From Candidatus Methanogaster sp. (GTDB lineage: Archaea; Halobacteriota; Methanosarcinia; Methanosarcinales; Methanogasteraceae), in NCBI GenBank assembly GCA_003194445.1, contig PQXF01000002.1, positions 148,116-212,115 of the forward strand: DNA of 64,000 nucleotides, written 5' to 3'. Below, piece by piece: positions 10,292 through 20,373 of this stretch. The notes beneath the pieces are model-generated. The model was given only the letters and a program-made list of their open reading frames with translations. It was not told where the DNA came from and did not search any database. Numbering within the stretch: position 1 is the first letter of the stretch; every line of letters starts with the position of its first letter. Position numbers and translations under genes: made by a program.

Positions 10292-11509
10292 ATGATCAGC
10301 GTAGGCAGGGACAAGAGAGCGGCTCTGGTGTCGATAGGAGTGACTGTATTTCTGGTGGTCATAAAATACGCTGCCGGAATGCTATCAGGAAGTATCGCTC
10401 TCATGGCTGACGCGATCCACTCACTCACCGACGTGATAAGTTCCATCGCGGTCTTTATCGGTCTTAAGATCTCGGATCGCAAGCCCACGGATGAGTTTCC
10501 TTATGGATTTTACAAGGCAGAGAATGTTGTCAGCCTCTTTCTCGCTCTTGCAATCCTCTATGCCGGGTACGAGATTATTCTCACATCGATCGGAGCGGCG
10601 ATCGGAGCGGTTATCCTGACAGATCTTCCGTTTGCGCTCTCGGTCGCACTAATATCCCTGGTATCCTCCTTGCTTTTAAGCAATTATAAGCTTAAAGTCG
10701 GAAGAGCGGAAAATTCACCCAGTTTAATCGCGGATGGTAAGCATTCAAGGACAGATGCGCTCTCTTCCGCAGTTGTATTCGCGGGAATACTTGGAAACTA
10801 TCTTGGTTTATATTTCCTCGACTCGGCTGCCGGTATTCTGGTCGCGCTCTTCATTTTCATTGCAGGATACGGGATACTAAAAAGTTCGATAAAGGTTCTC
10901 CTGGACGCATCCATCGATTACGAGAGTCTCAACCGGATCAGGGAGATCGCATCTGAAACTCACGGTGTCGAGAAGATATGTTCCTTGAGCGCGAGGAGTT
11001 CCGGGAAGTTTATATTCATCGAGATGGCTGTGGGTACGAGCCTCACAGACCTTGAACGGGCGCACCAGCTGAGCGATAAGATCGAAGAGAGGATCAAATC
11101 CGAGGTAAAAAATGTTGACAGGGTCCTGATACACATAGAGCCAAAGGAGAAGGAATTTACAAGGTATGCAGTCCCGTGCACCGAGAACAATGGTCTCCTG
11201 TCCGGAATCTCCATGCACTTTGGGGAAGCGGAATATTTCTGCATATTTGACATCCGAAGGGCGGACAACGATCTCACAGATATGCGGTTTCTGAAAAATC
11301 CGTTTGCCACGCTTTCGAAGCGGAAAGGGCTTAAAGCCGCCGAACTGCTGGTTGCGAACAGGATAGATAAACTGATCACAAAGGAGAGCATCGCGCAGAA
11401 GAGCGCGTTTTATGTCCTGGACGATGCTTACGTGGAGTCTGGGGAGCTCGATGCCGGTACCATCGGAGAAGCTATCGAGGCGATGAGGGTGGCAACTAGA
11501 TGTGATTGA
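10292..11509 (+). CDS. Cation diffusion facilitator with a C-terminal NifB/NifX-like domain
   Basis: SIALMADAIHSLTD, ADGKHSRTD, HIEP and C-terminal HFGEAEYF; start moved to ATG 10292. Confidence 0.88.
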   Translation: MISVGRDKRAALVSIGVTVFLVVIKYAAGMLSGSIALMADAIHSLTDVISSIAVFIGLKISDRKPTDEFPYGFYKAENVVSLFLALAILYAGYEIILTSIGAAIGAVILTDLPFALSVALISLVSSLLLSNYKLKVGRAENSPSLIADGKHSRTDALSSAVVFAGILGNYLGLYFLDSAAGILVALFIFIAGYGILKSSIKVLLDASIDYESLNRIREIASETHGVEKICSLSARSSGKFIFIEMAVGTSLTDLERAHQLSDKIEERIKSEVKNVDRVLIHIEPKEKEFTRYAVPCTENNGLLSGISMHFGEAEYFCIFDIRRADNDLTDMRFLKNPFATLSKRKGLKAAELLVANRIDKLITKESIAQKSAFYVLDDAYVESGELDAGTIGEAIEAMRVATRCD

Positions 11510-11525
11510 TGGTAAAGCGGCATGA

Positions 11526-12437
11526 TCAGCCATCTCGCCTCCGGTATTCTATCAGCGCAAGAAGCACCACCACAAAGATGCAGCCGAAGAAGAACCAGAT
11601 GCCGGGATGGGGTCCGAGCACCTGCGCGAGATCGATTGGGGGGGTGCTCGCACCTTCTGCAATAGGCGGCGCTGCAAGCGTTGGTTCCGGGGCTGGCAAC
11701 GTCTCAGCTGGAAGGTGCAGAGGTGTGCTGGTCTGTGCTGGCGCGTATGCCTGACCTGCCCCGCCCATAGCCGCTTCCTGTGCATCTGATAGCATATCGG
11801 TCACGCACCCGCCTGCGCCTGCCTTGCTTTCGGCGATCCCGGCCGGTGTTGGTGTTGGCGCTGGTGCTGGCAATGCGCCATCTGCCAGCATTGGATCGGG
11901 CGTTGGCGTCGATGCAGGTGTTGGAGCTAGTACTGGCACTGGCGCCGGTGGAATGCCGGATTCCGACCCCTCTGCTATGTTCCTGACCACTTTCCCAGTA
12001 CCAGTGAGCAATGGCTGATGCCACCACTCGATGATCGCGGATATGCCAGCCGCACCGAGCACCACGCCGAGATACCGCCTCAGAATATCAGTAACCGATT
12101 TCCTGTCTGTTTTGTCCGGAACAACGACGATTAACTTACGTATCGGTGAGTATATCTTGATCTTTCTGCCTTTAACACTCCATCTTGTCTGTTTGATCAT
12201 GATAAGACCGGACTCGATCAGTGCGTCCAGATTGTACTTGACGGTCGTGAGGGGAATCTCCAGTTTTTCGGCGATATCCGATGCTGACATCGGCTCATCA
12301 GCGAGCAGTTCGAGCACCTGCCGTGCAGAGTCGTTCGAGAGCGTCTGGGTGATCTTCTTGGACTCCTCGCCAAGCGGAAGGATCAGTACCTTCTCATCGC
12401 CCTCGCTGTCCGGGTACGAAGGATCCGGGGGCTGCAT
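11526..12437 (-). CDS. Membrane-anchored ArsR-family wHTH regulator
   Basis: N-terminal ArsR HTH (MSASDIAEKLEIPLTTVKYNL), TM, Pro/Ala-rich loop, C-terminal TM. Confidence 0.8.
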   Translation of the reverse strand: MQPPDPSYPDSEGDEKVLILPLGEESKKITQTLSNDSARQVLELLADEPMSASDIAEKLEIPLTTVKYNLDALIESGLIMIKQTRWSVKGRKIKIYSPIRKLIVVVPDKTDRKSVTDILRRYLGVVLGAAGISAIIEWWHQPLLTGTGKVVRNIAEGSESGIPPAPVPVLAPTPASTPTPDPMLADGALPAPAPTPTPAGIAESKAGAGGCVTDMLSDAQEAAMGGAGQAYAPAQTSTPLHLPAETLPAPEPTLAAPPIAEGASTPPIDLAQVLGPHPGIWFFFGCIFVVVLLALIEYRRRDG

Positions 12438-12576
12438 ATCAGGTAATTGTCGCTACCCCTAATCTCTCTTTTGATGACTGCGAACCGATTTGCACCTAAG
12501 CTGGCATAATCCGGAGTTTCGGTTCACCACAATATTGATAACCACCTCCCTCCAATACCAGCAGTACCTCGTGATA

Positions 12577-12648
12577 GGGCCGATAGATCAGGGGTAGATT
12601 GCTTCCTTGGCATGGAAGAGGCCTCGGGTTCGATTCCCGATCGGTCCA
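12577..12648 (+). tRNA. tRNA-Ala(GGC)
   Basis: Cloverleaf; anticodon arm CTTCC-TTGGCAT-GGAAG; GGTTCGATTCC. Confidence 0.92.
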
Positions 12649-12664
12649 TCACGCGTTAACCCCA

Positions 12665-12749
12665 GCGGGGGTTGCCCAGCCAGGTCAAAGGCGCTAGGTT
12701 CAGGGCCTAGTCTCGCAGGAGTTCGTGGGTTCGAATCCCACCCCCCGCA
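12665..12749 (+). tRNA. tRNA-Leu(CAG)
   Basis: 85 nt with long variable arm; CTAGG-TTCAGGG-CCTAG; GGTTCGAATCC. Confidence 0.92.
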
Positions 12750-12883
12750 TCAGGTTGTATTTTTTTGGATGGTTTTACCAACAGCAGGATTCGCTCTGCA
12801 CCGGAATCAATATGGAATTTAAGCACAGTCCCGGAGCCCGCAGCGTTTCTTGGTTGCGACAGGGTTTCCATAGTCTCTCGAAA

Positions 12884-13159
12884 TCAAACAGTTGCGACCC
12901 CGGGAGGCTTGATGGTTGCGATTTTCTCTGTATATCCGGTACTTCCTCGCCGATACCTCACTGACGTTCTCACCCCGATGATAGTAATGCCCACGATCTC
13001 GTCCTGTTCTTCATCGTACCGCATGATAACACCATTGCCGATATCCACACCAACGGCTGGTCTCGGTGCTCCAAAACTTATGTATAAAACGTCAGCTTCA
13101 CTATCATAATCCCATTCCATGTTTTTTTCTTTTGAAATAAATTTTTTTACCGATGCCAT
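12884..13159 (-). CDS. DUF2283-family protein (putative antitoxin)
   Basis: YDSEADVLYISF...IVGITIIG signature. Confidence 0.8.
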   Translation of the reverse strand: MASVKKFISKEKNMEWDYDSEADVLYISFGAPRPAVGVDIGNGVIMRYDEEQDEIVGITIIGVRTSVRYRRGSTGYTEKIATIKPPGVATV

Positions 13160-13459
13160 ATTAGCCGCCTCCATTTTGCCGGTTTGGTTGTGAAATATGA
13201 TGTAATCACAAAGCCATCCATCTCAGAGATTTCTTTATACACCACTAACAAATATTTGGAAGTTAATGGTGTTTTTTCTATAGTATCTTATTGCTATCAA
13301 CTCCCCCCAATCACCTTCTTGTACAAAATCAGGATTGCTTATGGTTTATAGAATTTTATTCTTTTCAGTTCTCAATTCCGGATGTCTCTCCATGATATGA
13401 GTCCATCGTTCATTGGTCAGTCTTATAGGTATATCTTTCACTGAAGTACTGATAAACAT
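13147..13459 (-). pseudogene. Inactivated RelE/DUF4258-like toxin partner of DUF2283
   Basis: MFISTSVKDIPIRLTNERWTHIMERHPE...KIL*TISNPD..., then a frameshift in an A-run to ...KYLLVVYKE...GFVITSYFT. Confidence 0.7.
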
Positions 13460-13464
13460 TTTTG

Positions 13465-13500
13465 AAAAAAGAAAAGTTGGAAGGGAGGATATCTCCCTTC
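13465..13500 (-). terminator. Terminator of the S-layer gene
   Basis: GAAGGGAG/CTCCCTTC hairpin followed by a T-tract on the minus strand. Confidence 0.65.
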
Positions 13501-13512
13501 ACAGGGTCTCAC

Positions 13513-14922
13513 TCACTCTCGCTGTCTAAGTACCAGATATGCGACTGCAAGCAGTCCGGCAATTGCGAAGATTGACTCGAAACCTGGAGTCTTCTTATCG
13601 GTTGCTGTCTCTGTAGGTGATGTCGTCGGTTCAGCTGTTGCTGTCTCTACAGCTGGTGCTGTCGGTTCAGGTGTCGGTGTGACTACCTCGGTCGGAGTTA
13701 CGTTCGCTTCCGGAGTCGGGGTCTCGATTGGAGTCTCGTTCTTCTCCGGTTCGACTCCACCCTCGCCGATGGTGTACTCAACGAACGGGTAGAACCTGAT
13801 ATGGTCGTTAACGTCATCGTCCGCAGTCTCGAAGTACATATTGCCCATGATATGTTCTGTGGTGTCTAGATCGAGATCGAGGGTAGTCTCATCGTTCGTG
13901 AGTCTTATGCCCTTCTTGGTTGCAGACATCACTTCCATGGCACCATATGTATCACTGGTGTCGATCTCAATGACATCCTCATCGATCAGGAAGACGTACA
14001 TGATCTGCACGACATTGCTGTCGGTTCCTCTGAACACAGCATCTACATAGCAGGAGAACACCGGAATATCAGTCTCGCCTGCAAGGTCTACTGTGTATGT
14101 GTAGACGCGCTCCTGTGATCTATCTCCTCCGGTTGTTGCCACTTCATTATCGAGCTCCCTGCCGTCTTTCTTCAATGAGAACCAGACCTTGTTACCTTCG
14201 AGATCGATCTGGTTTGCAGTGAGGCTGTATCCGCTGCCAAGATCCCATTCCTCGCCAGTTGACAGTGTCTTCTTGTCGTCATCCTCAAACTCAACAAGCA
14301 GTTTGCAGAGTTCGTCGGCATTGCCATCGATTGCTATATACTTTTCTGCCATCCAGCCCTCGATGAAGTATCCACAGTCACCACCAGCATTGTCACTTTC
14401 GACACATAATCCTGTTGAGTTAGGTCCTTGTTCAAGATACTGAGCATATTCTTCCTCCATCTTGGTTTGGCCTCTGCTTGGGTCTGGTTCAATATCTTGA
14501 TGCAGCTCATACTCCTGGAACACCGAATGCGTGGTGTATACCAAACCACCTTCAGCGATTTCTCGACTACCACCATATGCCAGTGGGCTCCCAGAATCAG
14601 GTGGTGTCTCCAAGATTGTCATATTCTCGGTCTGCAGATCGTCATCCAGATCATACCAGAAACCAGCGAATGAGCTGTAGTCCCATTGAAATCCGGGCTG
14701 ATCCCCGTCCAAATACACATCTCCATCTAATACGTAGAGGGGTGCTCCTGTTGAGTTTGCGATGGTATCGTTATCCGCATCCAGTTCTGCGATGGTACCG
14801 CGAACCTCGATCGAACCCACGGATGTTACCTCCTCATCAGCACTTGCTGCACTCGCTGCACCGACCATAGCCAGTACCATCAGTGCGACCAATGCCAATG
14901 GTAATATTATCTTCTTATTCAT
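13513..14922 (-). CDS. Methanosarcinales-type S-layer protein (DUF1608-like) with PGF-CTERM
   Basis: Signal peptide, EVRG...FAGFWYDLDD motif, acidic composition, PT-rich linker, TPGFESIFAIAGLL C-terminus. Confidence 0.9.
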   Translation of the reverse strand: MNKKIILPLALVALMVLAMVGAASAASADEEVTSVGSIEVRGTIAELDADNDTIANSTGAPLYVLDGDVYLDGDQPGFQWDYSSFAGFWYDLDDDLQTENMTILETPPDSGSPLAYGGSREIAEGGLVYTTHSVFQEYELHQDIEPDPSRGQTKMEEEYAQYLEQGPNSTGLCVESDNAGGDCGYFIEGWMAEKYIAIDGNADELCKLLVEFEDDDKKTLSTGEEWDLGSGYSLTANQIDLEGNKVWFSLKKDGRELDNEVATTGGDRSQERVYTYTVDLAGETDIPVFSCYVDAVFRGTDSNVVQIMYVFLIDEDVIEIDTSDTYGAMEVMSATKKGIRLTNDETTLDLDLDTTEHIMGNMYFETADDDVNDHIRFYPFVEYTIGEGGVEPEKNETPIETPTPEANVTPTEVVTPTPEPTAPAVETATAEPTTSPTETATDKKTPGFESIFAIAGLLAVAYLVLRQRE

Positions 14923-14957
14923 GTCTATTTACCTCCTATATTGTTTGTTGTATTGCT

Positions 14958-15137
14958 TCCATCTTCGTTGAACCGCGTAAAACCGCGGTTGTCTGTGGTG
15001 ATTGTGACTTGCACAGCCATCACGCACCTTCCAGTTCAACAGAACCGAAAGGGCTTCATCACCCTCGTATCCCGTCATATTTGGATTACGTAGTCGTAAT
15101 TGGCATCTACCACTTAAATGCTTTGTGGTCAAAATCC
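14958..15137 (-). promoter_or_regulatory. S-layer promoter and long leader (repeat A, native copy)
   Basis: Minus-strand TTTAAG at 15113-15118, ATTACG-N4-CGTAAT palindrome at 15085-15100, stem-loops; copies at 16.7, 17.9 and 25.4 kb. Confidence 0.65.
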
Positions 15138-15257
15138 TCGGTGTTCTCGGCGGTCAATCTCCTTCGCCATGATCCACTTACCGGGGAAGATCAAAAAGTA
15201 TCAGAACCGGTCAAAAACCCTTACGTTCCCGGTTCTCTCAACCATCGCACCCACCTC

Positions 15258-15707
15258 CTACACCCCCACAGGACTCTCCCGCAGCCAGTCGATGTCTGAC
15301 TGGTACAGCTTCCGAGAGATCCCTTAGCCCCAGCCGCAGCATCGCAACCCTGCTGACGCCAAGCCCCATGCAAACACAGGACACTCGATGCCAAGCGGTG
15401 CTGACACCTCATCCCGGAATATCCCTGCTCCGCCAAGTTCGACCCATCCGAGACCATCGACATAGACCTCTGGCTCAACAGACGGCTCAGTGTAGGGGAA
15501 GTACCCAGGTCTGAACCGCACATCCTTAAAGCCGATATGGTGGTAGAACTCGACAAGATACCCGGGGAAGGTTGGCAAACGAGACTCCAGGGTCCATCAC
15601 CGCGCCTTCGAGCTGCTCAAACTCGGGCGTATGCGTCGGATCGATCGCCTCACGCCGGTAGACCCGGTCGATGCAGAACGCCTTTTTCGGAGGATCGGGG
15701 TTGTCTG
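15258..15707 (-). pseudogene. pheS: pheS 3' fragment, copy 1 (cut by IS remnant)
   Basis: [17 protein letters not shown]...WLRESPVGV* with frameshifts. Confidence 0.92.
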
Positions 15708-16276
15708 TTGTTTACGAGAAAAATACAGAAGCGATTAAAAAGGCAATGCTGACAGATGGTATTTGGATGCTGGTCACGAACATCTGTGAAACTACGGAAC
15801 CTGCGGAGTATAGACTGGGTCCCAGGAACTTATCAAGGCATACAGGGATAAAAATAGGGTAGAGGAAGGATTCAAAGAAGTGAAATCATTCCTTAAGTTC
15901 CAGCCGACATTTGTTTACACGAAGGAACATGTCCGCGCACATTATACAATATGCATTTTGAGTTATCTGATGGATGTAACTATCACTAACAAGCTCAGGG
16001 AAAATATGATTGAAGGTGTGAGTAGTGTGAATAAAATGTATCGTATACTGGAGAGATGTGAAATTGGAAAGTTAGGTCTGAAGGGAGACAAATCTCGGAT
16101 ACTGAAACTTACGACCATGACAAATGTGCAAAAAAACATTCTGGAGATCTTCAATTGCAAATATTTGGGAATGAACAGCCATTCAAAATCAATTGGGGTT
16201 AAGAGGATGTAGAACAGATTTGAAAATTGGTGTGGTCTGTGGATAGCGTTTTTTTATTCATAGTGGCGAAGATGGG
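15708..16276 (+). mobile_element. IS1634-like transposase C-terminal remnant and right end
   Basis: DGIWMLVTN...YRDKNRVEEGFKEVKSFLKFQPTFVYTKEHVRAHYTICILSY with a frameshift; ends ...ggcgaagatggg. Confidence 0.72.
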
Positions 16277-16687
16277 TTTTATCAGCGTATACGCATACTT
16301 GCCCAATGTTCTATTATAATACATGTCCATGAAACAATTACCTTTCAGAACAATCTTGATCTTTGTTCTCAGGTTCTCAGCGGTTTCTGCAAAATCGTAC
16401 TCTCTGATGAATGTTTTTGCTGCGTTAACACCTTTCATCCTTTTCAAACTCTCTAATTCCTCGTATGCGTTTCTGTATTCGATGGATTTCTCCCAGTTCG
16501 GATGTTCTGGTAGCTCTGCATTGGCTATTTTGGATTCAAACTCTATGAGGTCGCCGTATTTAGATCTGAATTTTTTTAGTACCAGTTCATAGAACTCCAT
16601 CTCCGCAGCTATCGTTTCATCTACATTGAGAATAACATCTTTCTCAATAATGTTTGCCGCTCTCATTGTTTTCATGTTGTTTTCCAT
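16277..16687 (-). pseudogene. Fused and truncated copy of the antitoxin + DUF6516-like toxin pair
   Basis: Homologous to ~24955-25385; a 23-bp deletion fuses the frames; 3' half replaced by the IS. Confidence 0.85.
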
Positions 16688-16857
16688 GTTTGTTAAACCG
16701 CATTACGTTGTTGTCTGTTACGTTGTTGTCTGTGGTGATTGTGACTTGCACAGCCATACGCACCTTCCTGTTCAACAGAACCGAAAAAGCTCCATCACCC
16801 TCGTATCATAGCATATTTGGATTACGTAGTCGTAATTGGCATTTACTACTTAAATGC
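16678..16857 (-). repeat. Repeat A copy 2 (S-layer promoter/leader)
   Basis: gttgtctgtggtgattgtgacttgcacagccat...attacgtagtcgtaattggc...cttaaatgc. Confidence 0.9.
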
Positions 16858-17065
16858 GGCACTGTTCAGAAATCTAGTGATGGTCAAATTTCTCATTTCA
16901 TCGCCCAATATTTTCATTTCTGTTGCGTATAGCCAAAAACCGCAAAATAAGCGATTTAGCAGAAACAAACACATATCCGTAGCTATCCAAGATTGCAGTG
17001 CGTCGACGATTAAGAAGATTCTGAAAATAGTACTTCATTCCATCACTAGAAAATCGAACAGTGCC
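16858..17065. mobile_element. 208-bp MITE, copy 1
   Basis: TIR GGCACTGTTC...GAACAGTGCC; 8-bp target duplication TTAAATGC. Confidence 0.9.
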
Positions 17066-17162
17066 TTAAATGCTTTCTGGTCGAAATATTGGTGGGTGGC
17101 GGGCGCACGGTGTGGATGGCGTGAGAAATCGGCACGATCTGAATATATAATCGATTCTGTAC

Positions 17163-17618
17163 TCATATCTCTCTGTTAGTTTCTATCCCATCCAGCAGGC
17201 AAACATCTTCGATAAATCTCTTTGGAGAAATAAAATTAACATAATCCTTGATTTTCATCTGAGTCAATCTCCGATTCACTGTGACAAAATATTCGCTCTC
17301 GCCAGCAAAATAACTGCATACGTGAGGAATATCATCGATATCTGCAACGAAACCACCCCATTCATCCATAAACAGATTCCATTCGAGATCATAAATTATC
17401 TCGGACTTTGGTATGGACAGGAGGTATAATCGCACTTTTGATGCGCAATCCTTGCCTTTGTTTGATTTAAACCACGTAAGTGCTTCATCGAATAAGTAAT
17501 CACTCAATATAACCTTGATATTTCCTTTTTTAACTTCTTCCAGCAAGAGTTTGCTATTGGTATCAGTAGAGAGAAGTCCAATGATGTAGATGTTTGTATC
17601 AAGATAAACGCGTGGCAT
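17163..17618 (-). CDS. PIN-domain (VapC-like) toxin
   Basis: MPRVYLDTNIYI...DIDDIPHV...YFVTVNR. Confidence 0.82.
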   Translation of the reverse strand: MPRVYLDTNIYIIGLLSTDTNSKLLLEEVKKGNIKVILSDYLFDEALTWFKSNKGKDCASKVRLYLLSIPKSEIIYDLEWNLFMDEWGGFVADIDDIPHVCSYFAGESEYFVTVNRRLTQMKIKDYVNFISPKRFIEDVCLLDGIETNREI

Positions 17619-17880
17619 ACTCACTCCACAGCCTCTTTCTGATATTTTTAATCTCTGTAAGGAGATTGTCCACATCCTTATCCGAGAGTTGTGCCATCGG
17701 GTATGCTTTCTCACCAAATTCTTTTAAAAGTAGTTCGTTAATGGTCTTTTTAATAGAAAATATTACAAATTCGCCCCTGCTTTTAAATTCGCCGAGTTCC
17801 ACAAAACGATCTATCAGTATTGAATCTTTCGTAGAGACTTTGATAGTGGTGGAATCAGTACTTACCATCATGTTTTCCAT
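17599..17880 (-). CDS. RHH/CopG-like antitoxin
   Basis: IDRFVELGEFKSRGEFV motif; overlaps the PIN start. Confidence 0.72.
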   Translation of the reverse strand: MENMMVSTDSTTIKVSTKDSILIDRFVELGEFKSRGEFVIFSIKKTINELLLKEFGEKAYPMAQLSDKDVDNLLTEIKNIRKRLWSEYATRLS

Positions 17881-18051
17881 CTTCGTTGAACTGCATTACA
17901 CGGTTGTCTGTGGTGATTGTGACGCATGCAGCCATCACGCACCCTTATATTCAACGTTAACCGAAAAGGGTGCAATCACCTCGTATCCCGCCATATTTGG
18001 ATTACGTAGTCTCAATTGGTATCTACCACTTAAATGCTTTGTGGTCAAAAT
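17876..18051 (-). repeat. Repeat A copy 3; homology to 14958-15257 continues to 18173
   Basis: tccatcttcgttgaac...gttgtctgtggtgattgtgac...ccacttaaatgctttgtggtcaaaatcc. Confidence 0.9.
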
Positions 18052-18173
18052 CCTCGGTGTTCTTGGCGGTCAATCTCCTTCGCCATGATCCACTTACCGG
18101 GGAAGATCAAAAAGTATCAGAACCGGTCAAAGACCCTCACGTCTCCGGTCTTCTCAACCATCGCGCCCACCTC

Positions 18174-19207
18174 CTATACCTCCACAGGACTCTCCCGCAG
18201 CCAGTCGATGTCTGACCGGTACAGCTTACGAGAGATCCCTTAGCCCCAGCCGCAGCATCACAACCCTGCTACGCCAAGCCCCCACGCAAGCACAGGACAC
18301 TCAATGTCAAGCGGTGCTGTCACCTCCTCCCGGAATATCCCGGCACCGTCAAGTTCGACCCATCCGAGACCCTCGACATAGACCTCCGGTTCAACAGACG
18401 GCTCAGTGTAGGGGAAGTACCCTGGTCTGAATCGCACATCCTTAAATCCGATATAATGACACAACTCGACAAGATACCCGGGGAAGATTGGCAAACGAGA
18501 CTCCAGGGTCCATCACCGCGCCTTCGAGCTGCTCAAACTCGAGGTGTATGCGTCGGATCGATCGCCTAGCGCCGGTAGACCCGGTCGATGCAGAACGCCT
18601 TTCTCGGAGGATCGGGGTTGTCTGCAAGATGTTTGATCGTGATCGCGGTCGTTTGGGTACGCAAGACCTCTTTTCGGGTTAACTCCTTATGGCTCCATCT
18701 CCCGCCCCAGCCTGTTGATCCGGTATCTCCACCGAACTCGTGGACGTCTCTTACGTCCCCATAATATGTAGGGATATCCGCAATCAGAATCGAGATAGAA
18801 CGTGTCCTGCATCTCCCTGGCAGGATGGTCCTGCGGCTGGAAGAGCGCATCGAAGTTCCGGAAGGAACTCTGCACGATATCACCCTTGATCTCGGTAAAT
18901 CCCATATCGAGCAGTATCCTGCGCATCCGGTAGATCAGACGCTGGTACGGGTGAATCTTCGCGCAAGACGCCAGCGGCACCGGTGCATGGATATCATAAG
19001 CACGGATCTTCTCCCATCTGCGGCTGCGTATGGCGTCAGACGTTAGTTGCACGATCTCATCGATATCTGACTGGTCCGCAATCGCACCCGCGAGTTTTGT
19101 ACCTTCTTCTGTTATTGCAATTGTTCTCTCCTTTCTCTCTGCCCCGTCCTCCAGTTTTCGCTCGGTGAGGTCTTTTAATACCTTCTTCTGTGCATCTTCT
19201 GCCAGAA
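18174..19207 (-). pseudogene. pheS: pheS 3' fragment, copy 2
   Basis: Matches 26546-27573 with several frameshifts; ends RESPVEV*. Confidence 0.95.
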
Positions 19208-19210
19208 TGG

Positions 19211-19418
19211 GGCACTGTTCAATTTTCTAGTGATGGAATGAAGTACTATTTTCGGAATCCCCTCGATCGCCGACGCGCTGCAATCCTGGATAGCTACGAA
19301 TATACGTTTGTTTCTGCTAAATCGCTTATTTTACGGCTTTTGGCTAGATGCAACAGAAATAAAAAGGTTGGACGATGAACTGGAAAACTTAGCTATCACT
19401 AGATTTCTGAACAGTGCC
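19211..19418. mobile_element. 208-bp MITE, copy 2 (inverted relative to copy 1, no TSD)
   Basis: Same TIRs and length; internal sequence is a diverged reverse complement of 16858-17065. Confidence 0.88.
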
Positions 19419-19851
19419 TAGATGAGCGGATGACATGAATTTTAGCAGGTTACTTTCCGGCAAGCCCTAAGTTTGTGCATCGAAACACTTAATTATTCAT
19501 AAACCAACCATATACATGAAAAGGTATAAAATTTCTACTTTTATTCATATGCAAAACTTAAAAATCACGCGCTGGTATGTTTCTACCAATCCTCGATAAT
19601 TTGCGTTTTTAGATGGTAAGGTACGGGCTTATCTGTTTTTGTGCGTCTGGTACCTTCCCTCGGCTTTATTTTAGCCGATGTGTTGGCTTTTAAGTGGATA
19701 TATGGGGTTCCATCCGCGATTTCATCGCTCCGACGGGTGGTCGCGTCTCGCGGTATGGCTGCCCCAGCCCGCAAACTCTCGCCGGAAGTCGCACCACTCC
19801 AGCCGGTCAAGCAGCAAAAAGTTTATGACCGCCCGCGAAAAAGTTGATTTG

Positions 19852-20373
19852 ATGAATAAGATAATAGCCACGGTCTCCGGAAAGATCCAGAATGTGGGAT
19901 ACCGGGCAAAGGTCATCGGGATCGCAAAAGACTTCGGATTGACTGGATTTGTCCTGAATCTCGATGACGGGCGAGTTCGGATAATAGCGGAAGGTAAAAA
20001 CGGAGATTTTGGAAAGTTTCTCGATGCAATACGGATTAAAAATACACTTATCGATGTCGCAGATGTCGAAGTCGAACATGCTGACGCCACTGGAGATTTA
20101 GCGGACTTCTATAAACTCGTGGGGGAAGGAGAGACTGATGAGCGGCTGGATAAAGCATCGGACTATCTCAAGGAACTGATTGAGGTCATGAGAGCCGGAT
20201 TTGGAAGTCTCGAATCCAAGATGGACGTGATGATCGAGAAGCAGGACGTGATGATCGACGAGACCCGTGGTTTGCGAGAAGACCTGAAGGGGTACATGGA
20301 CATGAAATTCGGGAAGATCGATGGAGAGCTGGACTTGATAAAAGGTGCATTAAAAGAGCGCGGAATACTGTGA
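19852..20373 (+). CDS. Acylphosphatase-domain protein with a C-terminal coiled coil
   Basis: VSGKIQNVGYR...GLTGFVLNLDDGRV; heptad-like tail. Confidence 0.82.
   Translation: MNKIIATVSGKIQNVGYRAKVIGIAKDFGLTGFVLNLDDGRVRIIAEGKNGDFGKFLDAIRIKNTLIDVADVEVEHADATGDLADFYKLVGEGETDERLDKASDYLKELIEVMRAGFGSLESKMDVMIEKQDVMIDETRGLREDLKGYMDMKFGKIDGELDLIKGALKERGIL

Noticed and set aside
15040-15070. TGATGA in the S-layer leader as a C/D box RNA or hammerhead
   Set aside because: No matching D box or catalytic core geometry found
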